Shown here piece after piece: positions 1 to 15,912 of a stretch of 64,000 bases of DNA. The notes below the pieces were generated by a model. The model searched no databases and was not told the DNA's origin. It saw nothing but the letters and a program-made list of their open reading frames with translations. Every line of letters begins with the position of its first letter. Within the stretch, counting starts at the first letter, position 1. The position numbers and the translations under genes were made by a program. Origin of the DNA: the human T2T-CHM13v2.0 reference genome, Homo sapiens; assembly GCF_009914755.1 (NCBI RefSeq), contig NC_060926.1, one strand, 5' to 3'.

Positions 1-53
1 GTGTGTGTGTGGTGTGTGTGTGTGGTGTGTGTGTGTGTGCGTGTGTGTGTGTG
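1..53. repeat. (TG)n microsatellite, cut by window edge
   Basis: Interrupted gt repeats. Confidence 0.95.
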
Positions 54-371
54 CCTCTCTGCTTAGGTAGCACTTGAGGCAGTGGCTGCATCTCCCCCAT
101 AGCTCCAGCTCCCCTGATGCACCCCTCTGGAGTTCTAGCTGCCCCCAGACATGCCTGCAATGACTCCAACTTCCTCCAGGCAGCCCCAGGTCCTGGATTC
201 TACTGCATCTTCTACTGCATCTTCTCCTGCTTTATCCCTCCAGGCCTGAGAAGCGAGGAACTTCCTGTTCTTGCTATTGTCTTCATTGCCTGTTCTGTCT
301 GCATTTAGCTTCTCATCTCTTTCCACCACCTGTGGAAATGCCTCTCTGTATCGCGTCCTCTATTTGAAATA

Positions 372-800
372 GAGTAGACCTCTTTATCCAAGGGGGGTAC
401 ATTCCAAGACGCCAGTGGATGTCTGAAATCGCAGATAGTACCAAACCTTATACATACTATGTTTTTTTCCTATATATACATACCTATGATAAAGTTTAAT
501 TTATAAATTAGGAACAATATGAGATTAACAGCAATAACTAATAATAAAATAGAACAATTATAAAAACAGGCCGCCATCACTACTCTTGCTTTGGGGCCAT
601 TATTAAGTAAAATGGGGTTTACAAGCACTGCGACACAGCAATAGTCGATCTGATAACGTAGATGGCTACCAACTGAGTCACGGGTCGGGGGTAGCACACA
701 CAGGCTGGATGTGCTGGACAAGGAGATGATTCACATCCACAGTGGGGTGGAGCTGTATGGCACAAGATTTCATCATGTTACTCAGAATGGCGAGCAATTA
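372..800 (-). mobile_element. MER44-type (Tigger7-derived) DNA transposon remnant
   Basis: Reverse complement resembles the remembered MER44 consensus (AATAATGGCCCCAAAGCAAGAGTAGTGATG). Confidence 0.65.
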
Positions 801-929
801 TTCAGGAGGTTATAGGATATGCAACTTCCGCAATTACTCCTGCAGATTGTATTGTAGATTGGCCTTTGGAGATACCTTTTCAGGGTTTGGTGTTTTTTTT
901 TTCATGTCTGATACCCCTGGCTCCACCTG

Positions 930-1232
930 GACCCCCAAACCCCACTCCCGTGGCCCCACCCGGAAGCAATGCAGCACACAGGAGGGCAGCTTCAACCCCT
1001 CTGATTTCATCGCCACCCCAACCGATCAGCAGCAACCCTGGCCACCTCCGCCCCCTTCCCCCAAACTGCCTTTGAACACCCTTAACCTAGGAGCTTTGGA
1101 GGAGAATGATTTGAGTACTAACTCCGTCTCCCACATAGTGTGGCCGGCCTCGTGTCTATTAAACTCCTTCTTTGCTACGATGCCATCGTCTTTCTTTGTG
1201 CAGGGAACAGGAAGAACCCCTCCGGCAGTTAC
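930..1232 (+). mobile_element. ERV1-type LTR 3' fragment
   Basis: LTR-like R/U5 with ATTAAA and terminal ...GGCAGTTACA; family not resolved. Confidence 0.45.
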
Positions 1233-1829
1233 ACTGGCTAACACACTCCTCCAGCTTTCCAGCAAGTTCTTTCTTGGAGGGAGATCCAAGCGGGGCACGC
1301 CATAGCCGCCACAGCAAGCTACTCTTTAGTAAAACATCATCTAAATTACATCTTGATTTCATCCTAAAGGAACTCCGCTTGAGTTGAGACATAAACAAGA
1401 ATAGGGCCTAACCTCAAAAAACTGATGTATATAATTCCAGTGCCAAAAGTCTCTTCCCCGTGGACACTTTTAAATAGATCATTAACCACATGAGACACAG
1501 TGGATGGGCTTGTTAGGGCCCAGCTGGGATGAGTTAACTTATCTACAAAACACAGAGAAATCTTTGAAGAGATAAATCTCATCCAGTCGTCAATGGAACA
1601 TGGGAAACTATGTTCTAACACTGACATTTGTAACCAGGGCTAGCAACAGGGCCAAAAACCTTCTGCTTGAATTTTGGATAACCTATTCTTTTTAATCAGA
1701 TATAATTTGTATCCAAAAACTGCACTCATTTTAAACATACATTTCAATGAATTTTGACAAATATGTACACCTATGTACATGAAGTATACATTTTGATGAG
1801 TTTCAACAAATGCATAAAAACATGGTCCT

Positions 1830-2137
1830 GGCCAGGTACAGTTGCTCACGCCTGTAATCCCAGTACTTTGGAAGGCCGAGGCGGGCGGATCACGAGGTCA
1901 GGAGTTTGAGACCAGCCTGACCAACATGGTGAAACCCTGTCTCTACTAAAAATACAAAAATTAGCCAGGTGTGGTGGTACGCACCTGTAATCCCAGCTAC
2001 TCAGGAGACTGAGGCAGGAGAATCACTTGAACCCAGGGGGCGGAGGTTGAAGTGAGCCAAGATCACGCCAGTGCACTCCAGCCTGGGAAACAGAGCAAGA
2101 CTTCATCTCAAAAAAAAAAAAAAAACAAAAAAAAAAG
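1830..2137 (+). mobile_element. AluS
   Basis: Full dimer with A-rich linker and poly(A) tail. Confidence 0.95.
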
Positions 2138-2139
2138 AA

Positions 2140-4400
<2,261 letters not shown>

Positions 4401-4466
4401 CGTCATAAAACATTCATTTTTAAGAAAACAAAATAATTTGAACTAAATGTTTAACTTATCTCCCAT

Positions 4467-4854
4467 TCTATTAGTCTGTTATCACGCTGCTAATAACATA
4501 CTGGAGACTGGGTACTTTATATAGGAAAGAGGTTTAATTGACTCACAGTTCAGCATGGCTGGGGAGGTCTCAGGAAACTTACAATCATGGCAGAAGGGGA
4601 AGCAAACATGTCCCTCTTCCCATGGCAGCAGCAAGCAGAAGTGCTGAGCGAAGGCGGGGTGGGGGCGGGGTGGGGGAAGGCCCTTATGAAACCATCAGCT
4701 CTCGTGAGAACTAACTTACTATCACGAGAACAGGATAGGGGAAACTGCCCCCATGATTCAATTATCTCCACCTGGTTCCTCCCACAACATGTGAGGATTA
4801 TGGGAACTACAATTCAAGATGAGGTTTGGATGCGGACACAGCCAAACCATATCA
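4467..4854 (-). mobile_element. THE1/MST (MaLR) solo LTR
   Basis: Typical THE1 ends (tattagtc...ccaaaccatatca) and 5-bp TSD CCCAT at 4462-4466 and 4855-4859. Confidence 0.9.
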
Positions 4855-7130
4855 CCCATCCTTTGAAGATCCGGTGAGAGCTCCGATACAAATCAGAATC
4901 AAGAAATTCGCAACAGGTGGGCCTGAACCCAACCACTGCTAGAGAGAGGACAAAGGGTGGGGCTCGACCCTTGAGCAGCAGGGAAGGGAGTAGAAAAAGC
5001 TCAGCAGGTTCCTGCCTTTCACAGGTCAGTGGTATCAGGGGTAGGGCTCTCATCATAGGGAGCAGGGCACCTGACACACAGGGCAAGACATTCCAGGAGA
5101 GGCCCTGGCCAGGGGGCTGGAGCAGCCCCAGGGACACCAGGCACATGGAGAAGCTGCAGCAAACGGATGCTGTCAGCACTGCATTTCTCCTACACGTCCT
5201 ACAGGTGACCCAGGCTATTGAGTGGTAACACCCAGACTCTGTCTCAGGCATCTTTTCTGACTGCAGGAGCTCACTCAGCCTCAGTCAATGACAGACAGGG
5301 CATAGGTGAATAAAATCCCAGTTTCTTCAACCCGGTTGGACCTCACCTCCCTGCTTCCTAGCAGGACAGAGAGAGCTCCAGCCCAGGAGTAACTGGCTTG
5401 ATGACGCTGATACAACCTTGGTTCAGATGGAAGAAGAATGGGCCACAAGTCACAGGCACAGGTGGCCCTTGACTTCCACCTGGGTGACCTTTGCCTGCAT
5501 CTGCACTGGTGTCCATACTGCCTTCACTGCAAGAGGCTGCACCCTTGCTACCAGCTGTTCCCCTGGCAATGCAGGCTCTCATGGGAAGTAACCCCACTCA
5601 GCTGACTGCAGCTGCAGCTTTGGCTATCCGGATAGTTGAGGAAGGGGCAATGACTTGAATGCTGTTTGATTCTTGTCATAAAAATGGGGAAGAGAGGAGA
5701 AGAGAGGAGAAAGGAAGGAGGGAAAGAGGAGAGGAAGAAAGGTCACACTAGCAATAAGTCTCCTTAGCAATACAACTGAGACAATGATGGAAATCCCTAG
5801 AAAGGCCAGAAGGAGAGAATCTTCCACTTTGATCAACATTCAGAGGACCAAAGGAAAAGAGACAAATTAAACAACACACTCATAACACTAAAAATGCTTC
5901 ACTCAAGATGGTACCTTAAAGAAGACATGTAGCTATGGGATTTTATCATCTTCTCTAGGTTTCCTAGAATGAACTCCTCTTAGCGGGTAAGCTACCGTTC
6001 AGTTTCTAAACAATGTCAGATCTTTGCTTCCAACTGTGTCTGAGAGTGAGTGCAAGGTGAGTGCCTACAGCTGAGCCTCCCCCAGGACAGAGCTCACGCA
6101 CCAGGCTGCCCTATCAGGGCTCTGCACTGAGCATGGGTGCACCTGGTGGGCTAATGCCACCTGACTTGGGAAGCCCATGCAGGCGGAGGGCTCCCCAGAC
6201 CAGCAAACTTCCATCCGGATTTTACACTCAGATGTTTTGGCAGAACCATTGCTGACTCCAGCATCCAGACGTCTGAAATCATTTTTCCTGAGAAATCAAG
6301 CATAGACGTTACAAGCTTCCAAAGACCATTGGCTTGAAACCATATACCCAAATCCATGGCAAGCCATTTAGCAAAACGACGTAAACATTAGAGCATTAAA
6401 TTATGCCACGTAGGTCTGTTCAGAAGAAATCTGTGATTATGCGCATCTCAGACACTATGGGAAGTCAGATGCGACCACCCGCCAGTCACTCAAGCTGATC
6501 GAGATAGAAACAGGGAGGGCTCCAGAGCAGAGCCGGGTAGATGGACACGTTCAAAACAGGGACAGTCCCCCTGCTGCAAAGCTGGTGTGCAGGCCTGGCC
6601 CTGGATGGCTCTTGTCTTGAGTGTGTGTGTTTGTGATTCTGGGTCCCTCAGCTTGCAGGGTCGGCCCCAGTAACCTGCTCTGGCCAGTAGAGGGAATCAG
6701 AGGGCCGAGGGACCAAGCCGGTAGCACAAGCAGTCCCCACCCTAGCTGGCTTGGGGAGACCTGCCTTTTAAGGCCTCCTGGGTGAACGTCCCCAGGCTCA
6801 GAAGGAAGCAGCTCCCAGGAGCCCAGTGAAGCAGCTGGAGCCACAGAGGCCTGCAGGGTCATCGGCTCCTGAAACATTGGCCCTTTGGGACGATGCTTTT
6901 TCTCTCCCTTCCTGAATGAGCCCCCTGAGAAAGCACTGAATGCGGGGTCAGACCTGTCACCATTGCCCTGAAGCCAGCTCCTGAGGATGGTCTGTTATAC
7001 TCCAAGGCCAAAGGAGCCACCCGAGGGATGAGAGGGAGACCCGGCACTGAGAGCTCCACACAGCAGAGCTAGGGCTGCAGGGATGTCCCCAGGGTGAGGT
7101 GGACGTTTGGCCAGAGAGGAGAGAAGAGAA

Positions 7131-7368
7131 GCACAGGACTATTTATGGGTGCATTACAGACATGGGACTGTTTATGGGTATATTACAGGCACAGCACTGT
7201 TCAGGAGTTCATTACAGGCATGGGACTGTCAGGGGTGAGTTCCAGGCACAGGACTGCTCAGGGGTGCGTTCCAGGAACAGGACTGTTTATGGGTGCATTC
7301 CAGGGACGGCACTATTCAGGGGTTCATTGTAAGCATGGGACTGTTCAGGGGCCCATTCCAGACACAGA
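7131..7368. repeat. Degenerate ~29-bp tandem repeat, ~8 copies
   Basis: Consensus about gcacaggactgttcaggggtgcattccag. Confidence 0.85.
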
Positions 7369-10049
7369 CACACCTGAACAGCAGACTGTTAGGACTGCTT
7401 AGAGGCGCATTTTAGGCAGAGGTACAGGGGCCTGGGGCAGGTCTATGGTGGTGGTTAGAAGAGGGTCTCGAAGGGAAGGGTATTTGAGAGGAACTTGTCC
7501 TGGTGCATGAAGCAGCCAGGGTGGCTCTGCCCAAGGGTCTGGCGCATCATCAAATTGGGACTCAGCCATTTCTTCCCCAGGGCCACTGCAGGGACCCCAG
7601 TTGCCTGGTGGCCTTCTAGGAGAAGCAGAGAGGCACAGAGGCCAACGTCTGCTCTCAGAGAGGCCTGAGCAGGAGCCACGGCTCCACCGTCATTGTCCAA
7701 TGACCTTTGTAAAGCCACTTAACTCACATTCAGCCTCCCTTGCAGTCTTTTTTTCTATCAGATGGGGATGTTAATAACAGTGCCTGTCCCCCAGGGTTGT
7801 CGTGGGGTGCAGGGCTGCACACCGTGGAAGGGCTCAATATCAGGGAGCCGTATTAGCATCATGTGGTTTTGGCTCAGTGTGCAGAAGGGGCAGGAGATTG
7901 TTGTCTGGGCCTGGGACAGAGGCTGGGCTTCACCTGGGGCCAGGGCAGGGCCCCCAACTCGCAGGGCCTTGGGTGCTGCACCCCATCCCCTGAGGAGCCC
8001 CAGGTCCCCTCCCCCACACCTGAAGATGGGCCTTTCTCTTAGAACTAGCAGGGAGGTCCAGGCCATCGCTTACACAACAGCATTTGCTGAGGCAACCACA
8101 TGCAGACGTGGTCCTGGGCGCGGGGCCTACCACTGGGAACACCACCGGGCTGGGCACCCTCGGTGTGGAAGGCAAAGGGATCAAGCACTTCTTCCTCCTT
8201 GGAGGCTTCCCAGACTCCCTTTGCCTCCCAGATGGCCAGCCCAGAAGCCCACGTGGCCCAGGTGGTCAGATGGCCTGGGGTGCGGTAGAGCCTCACACCA
8301 CCGGCTGCTGCTCCTTAAGATGCACTTACGATGCCCCAAAAGCCCAGCAGCCCGGGCCAGAGAGGGCTCCTGCACACTCAGAAACCCACCCGGGCAGTGT
8401 GGTGGCAGCCCCCAGCAGGACACTTGTCTGCCCCTCCCGATGCCTTGCCCGCCTTTGCCACCCTGCTCTATCCCGAACACCAGCCACTAGGGCCTGCACC
8501 AACTGCCCCTTTGGCACCAGCTTCCCAATGGGCTCAGCCAAGAGGGGCCCAGCAGGAGCCTGGGGAGCAGGAAGAGAGAAGCCTGGCATTGACCCCATCT
8601 CCCTCCCCGCCTGCAGTGGCTGCAGCTGCCCGGACCCCACAGCTCTGGGGGCACCTCTCTCAAGGCTCCACACTCCACATTCCAGACACCGAGCCCTCAT
8701 GTGCCTCTCTCCGGCCCGAGGCGGCAACAGCTCTTACTGCGGCCCCTCCCCGGGGACGTCACCTGCCTTACTGTTTCCTAACTCTGCCCACACCTTTGTC
8801 AGATGTCCCCGCGGCAGCAACTCTGCCACCTCTCTCCTGCCCAGACCCTGGCTGGCAGGAGGAGGACATGCAGGGGAACCACTGGAAGCCAGGAGGAGAG
8901 AGTTTAGGCTTAGCTCCCAGGCTGGAGCCCTTCAACTACCAAGTCTCACAGCCCAATGCCCTCGCTTCAGGGTCCCGTTGGTGGAGGCAGGGCACCAGGC
9001 AGACCAGATGGGGCAAAACCCAGGCCACCGGGGCTGACGGCTGAGCGTCTAGACCTCAGACCTTAGACCCAGGTAAGGCAGCAGCACCAGGGAAGCCCTA
9101 GGGTAGGAGGTGCCCTCGGGTAGGAGGTGCTGGGTGAGAACGGTTGGTGAGAAGAAGCGCCTCCCAACCTCTCTGCAGCTTCCTCACTAAATGGCTTGGA
9201 ACTCAGGATATATGTTCCCACAGCCACAGTGGCCCCAAGTTGGTCAGGCTGTCAGGCGGCTCCAGAAACCACACACCCCATGACATGAGGAAGCCACAGA
9301 CAGAGACACCCAGTTTCCCACTGTTTCCTTGGAAACGGCAGGCCCAGATCCAGCTCATCCACCCCCCTACTCTCAGCTAGAAACAAAGCCTGGCAGCTTC
9401 CCCTGGCACTCCCGGCCCACCTGGTCCACCCACTGGCTGACCCCAGCCTCTGCCCTGCAACTGTGGCCAAAAATGATGCCCCTTCAGCTTGGCCCCAGAG
9501 CGGGGCAGGGGCCAGGCTTCCAGGGGTAGCTCAGGCCAGAAAGGGACGAACTGGGAGCTTGGCCTTCCCAAGCAGTAGTGCTTGCTAAGGTTAGGGTTGG
9601 GGTTGGGGATGGGGCGCAACCCTGGCTGGAGAGCCCCAGGCGGCTGTGGGTGGGTCCCTGGAGGCCTCTGCAGGCCTGGAGTTCCTGGGGCTTGGATGGG
9701 CAACGGTCCAGGGATCTTGACCTTGTATTTGAGGATGGTGGGAAATCCCAGCACTTCCGGCTCCCCGACCCCAGGGACTCCCCTAGCAGAACTCAGGGAG
9801 CAGAAAGCCCAATGGTGCAATGCGATGCAGGCCCCCCTGCAAAGTCATTCCCCAGGGGCTGACCACGCAGAGGCTTGGGCCGCCGATACGCCAGGCAGGG
9901 GCATTAAGAGTGGAGAATTTTTTTAATTTGATACTAAACACACAAAAAGGCATTCAAGTAATTTGTGGATAAAGTCTGTTGGATGGAGGGGCCCAGCGCT
10001 GGATTCCCACAACCACTTATTTATGGCTTAGTGTGGTTTGACTTTGAAT

Positions 10050-10790
10050 CCCACAAAAGGGCGGGGAGGAGAGCGGCCCCACGGCTGCGTAGCGTTCGGG
10101 GTAAAGGTCCTAGTGGCCACTGATTCCCGGCAGCCGCTTGCTGTAACGAGGGGCTCCCGGCAACATGACGTGGGGCTGGGGGGCTCCATTTCCAAGGAAA
10201 CAATGCGTGGGCGCGGGGCTCCGAGGCCCCGGGGTCCCCGGGAAGGGCTGGAGGGCCGGGGGCGCACATCTCGGGTCTCGGGGTCCGGGGACGGCAGACG
10301 CGGGGGCGCGCGGAACTGCGGCCGGGGCAGTAATCACCCCAGGGCCGCCCAGGCCGCGCCCAGAATGGCTCCGAGGCGGGGCCGGGCCGCGGGGGGCGGA
10401 CGGAAGGGCCGGGGCGGCGCGGGGAGGACCCTCCCGAAGCCCAGCCGGGGCCCTGAGCTCAGAAGCCTGGGAAACGGAGGCCACGCCGGGCAGGAGCCGA
10501 GCTCGGTTTCACCGCCCCCAGCGGACCGACCGCCCCGCCTCCCAGGACCCCGAGACCCCGGACCCCGGCCCGCCCTACAAGCAGGAGCTTTGGCGGCGCG
10601 CCCGGCTGCAGCCGTCGGCCTCTGTCGCCCCCTCCCGGAGCGGAGGAGTCACGGCGGGAAACAGCCCGAAGCCGGCGGGGCCCCGAGGGGGTCCGCGCTG
10701 CCTGCCCGGGGACCCCTTTTCTTGGCAGAGAGGATACTGACATCGGTCTGGAGGCCGTACGTCAGTCCCGGGGATGTCGGGATCAGCCTT
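10050..10790. promoter_or_regulatory. Separate CpG island ~11.5 kb upstream of MLPH exon 1
   Basis: Very high GC and CpG density, GC boxes, TGACGT at ~10166; no recognisable coding exon. Confidence 0.75.
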
Positions 10791-11229
10791 GGAGGATGCC
10801 CTCGATCTTTATCCTTTCCTATGTCCCCAGTCCCTGGCAAAAGGTAGTAGACCCAGGGGAAGGATGCAGGAAGCGAGGAAAGGAATTCCCATGCCATGAG
10901 CACCATCCTAGAGGTGTTGACACACAAACACGCGCGTGCACACAAATCCTCTAAGGTAACCACAACAACAGAACCTATGAGCCATTTGTGAATACGCCGG
11001 CACTCGGAAGTGCTGTGGACACACTCCTACTCCACCCCTGACTCACTGCGCCTGCCTCTCAGACAAGGACCCATGCCTCCCTTCAGTCCTCTCTGAAGTG
11101 GGGACCGTACTGGCATCTGCCTCATTTAGTAGCTGTGAGGATTAAATGTGGTTGAACCCGTAAACTCGCTTGAACAGCACCTGGCATTGAAAGGATTGTA
11201 GCTGGCACCCTCCTCCTCATCTTCCTCAT

Positions 11230-11725
11230 TCAATCAGTTAGGAATGCATTCAGCTGCAAGCTCAGGAAACGCAACCGACAGTTGCCTAGATGTGCAGGTG
11301 TGTTTTTCTCCCATAACAAGGAGTTCAGAAGTCGCCTGTCAGCCTGGGAGCACAGCTCAGCGATGCGTCAGGACACTGGGCTTTCTTTCCATCCCCAATC
11401 CTCACCATCCTATTGCTGGTCTCCTCCTGGTTGCCAGATACTTGCTGTAGCTGCAGATCTCAGATTCAAGATCCAGGCAGGAAGAAGGGAGAAAGGACAG
11501 GAGGTAAAGGGCTTTCTCCTAGTAAGGGTTTCCTGTTTATTCTGGAAGGGACAGGAACCTCTTGCACTTCGATTGTCCAGAAGTGTCCATGCAGGTTATC
11601 TTCACTGCAAGGGAGGCTGGAAAATGCCTATTTTTAGTTGAAGTCCTTGCTCCTCTACCTGGAGTTAGGGTTCTGTTAGCATACGAGGGACATGGTTATT
11701 GAGTAGACAACTAACGGGACCTGCC
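11230..11725. mobile_element. Old MLT1 (MaLR) LTR
   Basis: tcagttaggaatgcattcagctgcaag start and tgcaagggaggctggaaaatg internal motif. Confidence 0.55.
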
Positions 11726-12419
11726 AGTGTGCTGTTGCATGGTCTACCTAACCTCCACTCTGGAGACAGAGAAATCAGTGCCCAGTAACGCTGGAAATCT
11801 TGCCCAAGGTCACACAGCTAGTGGGTGTGACATCCCAGTCTCCTGATTCTAAGTATTAATGTTCTGTAAATCAATGACTTGACATTGATTGTTGAGGCAT
11901 TTTTATGGCATTGGTTTTGAAGCACTGATGTTAATTTATGAAGCGTATTTATAATAACTGCTTTAAAATTCTTACCAGATAATTCTACCATCTGATGCAT
12001 CAAAGTATCAACATCTATTTATTGTCTTTTCTCACTCGGGTGGTTTTTTTCTGGTTCTTGGTATGACAAGTGGGTTTGTATTATATTCTGGTCATTTGGT
12101 TATTATGTTCAAACATAATAAAAGATTATTACAAAACATTAAAGAATATCTCCTGTTGTAGATACTGGTTGCAGACATCTCTGACACCCAGTCTAGGCTA
12201 CATGGGAGATAAAAAGAAAAGTCTAAGGAACCCACCATATTATCTTTCCTCCAGTCCTGAGGTCTCTGGCCAGTCTACCTTCTTCTACCCAACTTTCAGA
12301 GTCCTTTTATCATTGTCTGTTAAAGAATTTCCATGGTATTTAGTTTTTAGAAGGGAGGAGTAGGGAAAAGTGAGTCTACTCATTTTGTTTCAGAACCAAA
12401 ATCCTAAACCCTTTTCAAT

Positions 12420-15070
12420 AGCACATTCCAACCTACCTCTCACGAACTCCCACTAAATACCCCAAATCTACGCCAGCTCCAAGGGATTGTTTGGTCTTCT
12501 CAGGGGATGGTGCCATGTAAAGAGCTCAGCATCAGTCAGATATCCAGCAACAGAAGTAGCTAGATCAGGCTTGGTGAGATAGAGCCCACGTAGTCGGACC
12601 ATATGGCCTCCCTCCTGGTCCCCTGGCATGAACATTGAGGTGACCAAGGACACAGTCTGACTCCATAGGGTAAATGACCCAGTATACCCATTCATTCAGT
12701 GTCCTTTTTGTACTAGGTGGCCTCTGGTAAGCATTGACATGAGATAGAAGATTCACATATGGCGCCTATTCCCAAGATCCCTGCACATACCTCTCTGTCT
12801 CCAGTCTTTCAACCTTATTCTCTTCCAGTTCCCTGAACAACTAGAGAAGCTTGCATTAATACCTGGACCTGCTACAGAATTTTCTCACGCTCTAAGCGTC
12901 ACTCAAACCTGCCAGCCTTCCAAATCACTTCCCAAATGGATTGCAGCAGTATTCCCAAGTGAGCCATGTGCTGCCTCCAACATCCAAAGTTCCACCTAGT
13001 GCTATGTCTCTGTCCTTGTCATAGCGCCTGCAAAGAGAATAATTTGCCCTATACTTTTGAAGGTATGTCCCAGCAGACTCTACATCTTTAGTCCCCTAAG
13101 AACCTAGCCTAAGTTTTATATCCCTGGAACATCATAAGATTGGCCTCCCAATGCACATATGTCTTACCAGAGTATTCAGCATCTTTCTACTCTCCTTTTC
13201 ACCAGTTCTAATCTGGAAAATATCACCATATGTTGCACCAATGTGCTTAAGGTTCCTGAGGATTATATTGTGACAGTAATCAGAGATTTGATATAGCCCT
13301 GGGACAGACAATAGAGAGAAGGTGTACTGTTGTCCTTCCCACGTAAAAGCTGTTTCAGATCTTTTCTGATGACAGCGTGATGGCTCCCCTGACTAATGTC
13401 AGCTCAGAATCTGTATCCAATCACCCTCCAAAGTATGACTGTTTCCCTTTCCCCTATGTACAGTTATCCTGGTAAATAACCATGGGCCCTTTGGGGAAAA
13501 CAATGTATAATATTTATGGTATATATTGTAGTGACACTGTAAAGTCCTTCCTCGAAGGGACCTTGCTTCTCCTTTAGTCGATGGGGTCTAGGTCTATAAA
13601 AACTGGTTTAGATATGGAAACTGAATGAGGGATTGTGATTTTTCATTGCAGCATCTGATATCAGCCTTCCGTTCACCAGTCCTTGAATTATCTGTGTGCA
13701 CAATCAACCAGTACCCTAATTGTCTGCTAATTTCTTGAGCCCCAAGGAATACCATAGTCTACTAGCCATCCCATAGACACTTATGTTTGGTTGCTTTTCT
13801 GGATTTTTTACCATTACAGAAATTCTGTCCACCCTACCTCTGATAGTTGAGGATCTCTATCTGAACTCTTCTATTTCAGAATCCCAGCAACCCCCATGAC
13901 ACTACAGAGTGTAGTTCCATGGAGTAACTTCCTACTGTTAATACCAGCTTCAGAGAACAGCCAGTATTGAGTTGCCAAAAGATGCAGACACTCCCCACAC
14001 TGGTATATTTCTTATTGCTTTGGTGAAGAAAGTGTCCTCTGGGCCCTCCCAGGAAACACAGTCAAATGATAGAGTCTTTGATCTTACATAATAAATCCAT
14101 TCTCACATTTCTACCTCCCTAAGCCTTCTAAGTTCCTACTCAATACTCTGCCAAGGCAAGCATAACATCTACACCTCATTTACATCATGCCCAAGCTTCG
14201 CAGTGCCATCTCAGCAGTGTATTTGAATGATTTCCAAGTATCCTTGCCAAGAAGTCAAATTCTAAGACATAGACAAGTTCCTCCAAATCAACAAACTGAA
14301 TTCAATATCTCCGTGGCTTATTCAGACACATTTCTCTCTGTCGCTTGGTGACATATATTAGCCAAGACTTGCAGTTATGTTCACTAGATGCTGTTTATTC
14401 CTAGAAAAGAAACTTTATTTTCCCACTTGGGCTATACTGGGACCTGGCCCTAGTTATTTGTGTAGAGGAAATAAGAAGAGATGGAGACAGATCTTGAGAA
14501 GGACAAGCATCACATTGGAAGTCAACCATCTCAGGTGAAGACTCTGCACAGTATCCAGGTATCAGCATCCTTGGGAAAAGGGAAAGGGCTATTCCCAAGA
14601 GGGTTCTTGGGAATCTAGGTGTTCAAGCTTAGACTCATCTATCCAAATGTCCTCCTCCCAGGTTACATGATTCTACCACCCTATCAGTGCCCTGACTTAA
14701 GCACAGAAAACATATTCAGGGTGTTCCCTTTGTATTTCTGGTATAGATTTGCAGGATGTCAATACAAAACGCTTAGTTAAATTTGAATTTGAGATAAGCA
14801 ACAAATAATATTTTAGTGTAAGCAAGTATGCCCCATGCAATATTTAGAACATACTTATACTAAAAGTTATTCCGTGTTTATCTGAAATTCAAATTTAACT
14901 GGAAAGCCTACATTTCATCTGGAAACCTTCCTCTTGGCACCCTTACAATCAAATCCTGGCTCTGATTTTCAGCACAGTCTGCACTAAGTTGGCAGGAGAT
15001 GCGGATTTCTTTAAACACCGCCACAGATGCCTTCTGGCTCTCACAGTATGCCCTGGGGAGATAGACCTGA
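12420..15070 (-). mobile_element. Decayed ERVL/MaLR internal region (gag, protease, RNase H remnants)
   Basis: Minus-strand remnants: protease-like LDTDSELTL (~13395-13420) and RNase H-like SHVNAYQR (~12720-12745); many stops and frameshifts. Confidence 0.6.
14740..14929. mobile_element. MER53-like palindromic non-autonomous DNA transposon
   Basis: Long inverted arms agttaaatttgaattt / aaattcaaatttaact. Confidence 0.75.
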
Positions 15071-15912
15071 GCCTGTCATTCCGTTTCCCAAGTATGTGTT
15101 TAGTTGTTATGACAGTTTTTAAATAATTTTAAATACCTGAAAATTCTAACCAAGTATTTTCAGAACCTGAAATATGTTTACAAACCCTGCTTCAAAACCA
15201 GTGACCTAGCCCAGCAACCTGAGCAGGTAGGATTGAGCCTGTCTTGAGGGTTAACCTTGGATAACTGTAGGAGAAAATGAGAAGGCACAAAACACAGCCT
15301 GACATTGCATTTCCACCCAGAACTGAAGGCACACGTGCTCCCAGGAATAGGTGGACTCATTTGGATTTGTGGGGTCAGAAAGCCATGGAAGATAGGGCTG
15401 GAAATTAATTGGGTTTGGAGTTCAGGTGGAGGCAAGCTTGGAAAACTGTAGTTCACAGAAGGGCAAGACTGAGGTGAGTATGGGGAATGGGAAGGTGAAG
15501 GTGAGGATTCACGGGTTAGGAATTGGCTCTAGGTATATTACTAGTTGGTAATGGGCTTTGAATCTGGCCATGAGTGAGGGGGAGGCCTAGGGGCGGTGAT
15601 ACTGCTGGATTCCTGCTGCTGGCTCTGGGGTGGTTTCAGCCAAGCCCTGTGCTGACATCAGACCAACCTGAGAGGTGCAGGCGGTAGCAGCTCGAGCGAG
15701 AGATCTTGTAACAGCTTTCACTGTGGGGAGGACATTAGCGTTACTGCAAATATTCTGCAACATTCATACAAGAGTTTAACGTGAGATATGAAGTGTGGCT
15801 TGTGTGTTGAAACTGAAATTAGGCCATCGCTATGAATTATGGAAGTGGAGAAGAAGCAAAAGGAATTGTTCCTGTAATGCCTAATTCGACCATTGTGACT
15901 TGGGAATGGGGT

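Noticed and set aside
7131-7368. Array of androgen/glucocorticoid response elements
   Set aside because: Half-sites are separated by 4 nt rather than the required 3 and are degenerate.
7762-9044. Overlapping 237-317 aa ORFs
   Set aside because: GC-rich sequence with ORFs in several frames on both strands, no recognisable domain and non-ATG starts in some.
10038-10847. 269-aa Arg/Gly/Pro-rich ORF
   Set aside because: Stop-codon depletion in a CpG island; no homology recognised.
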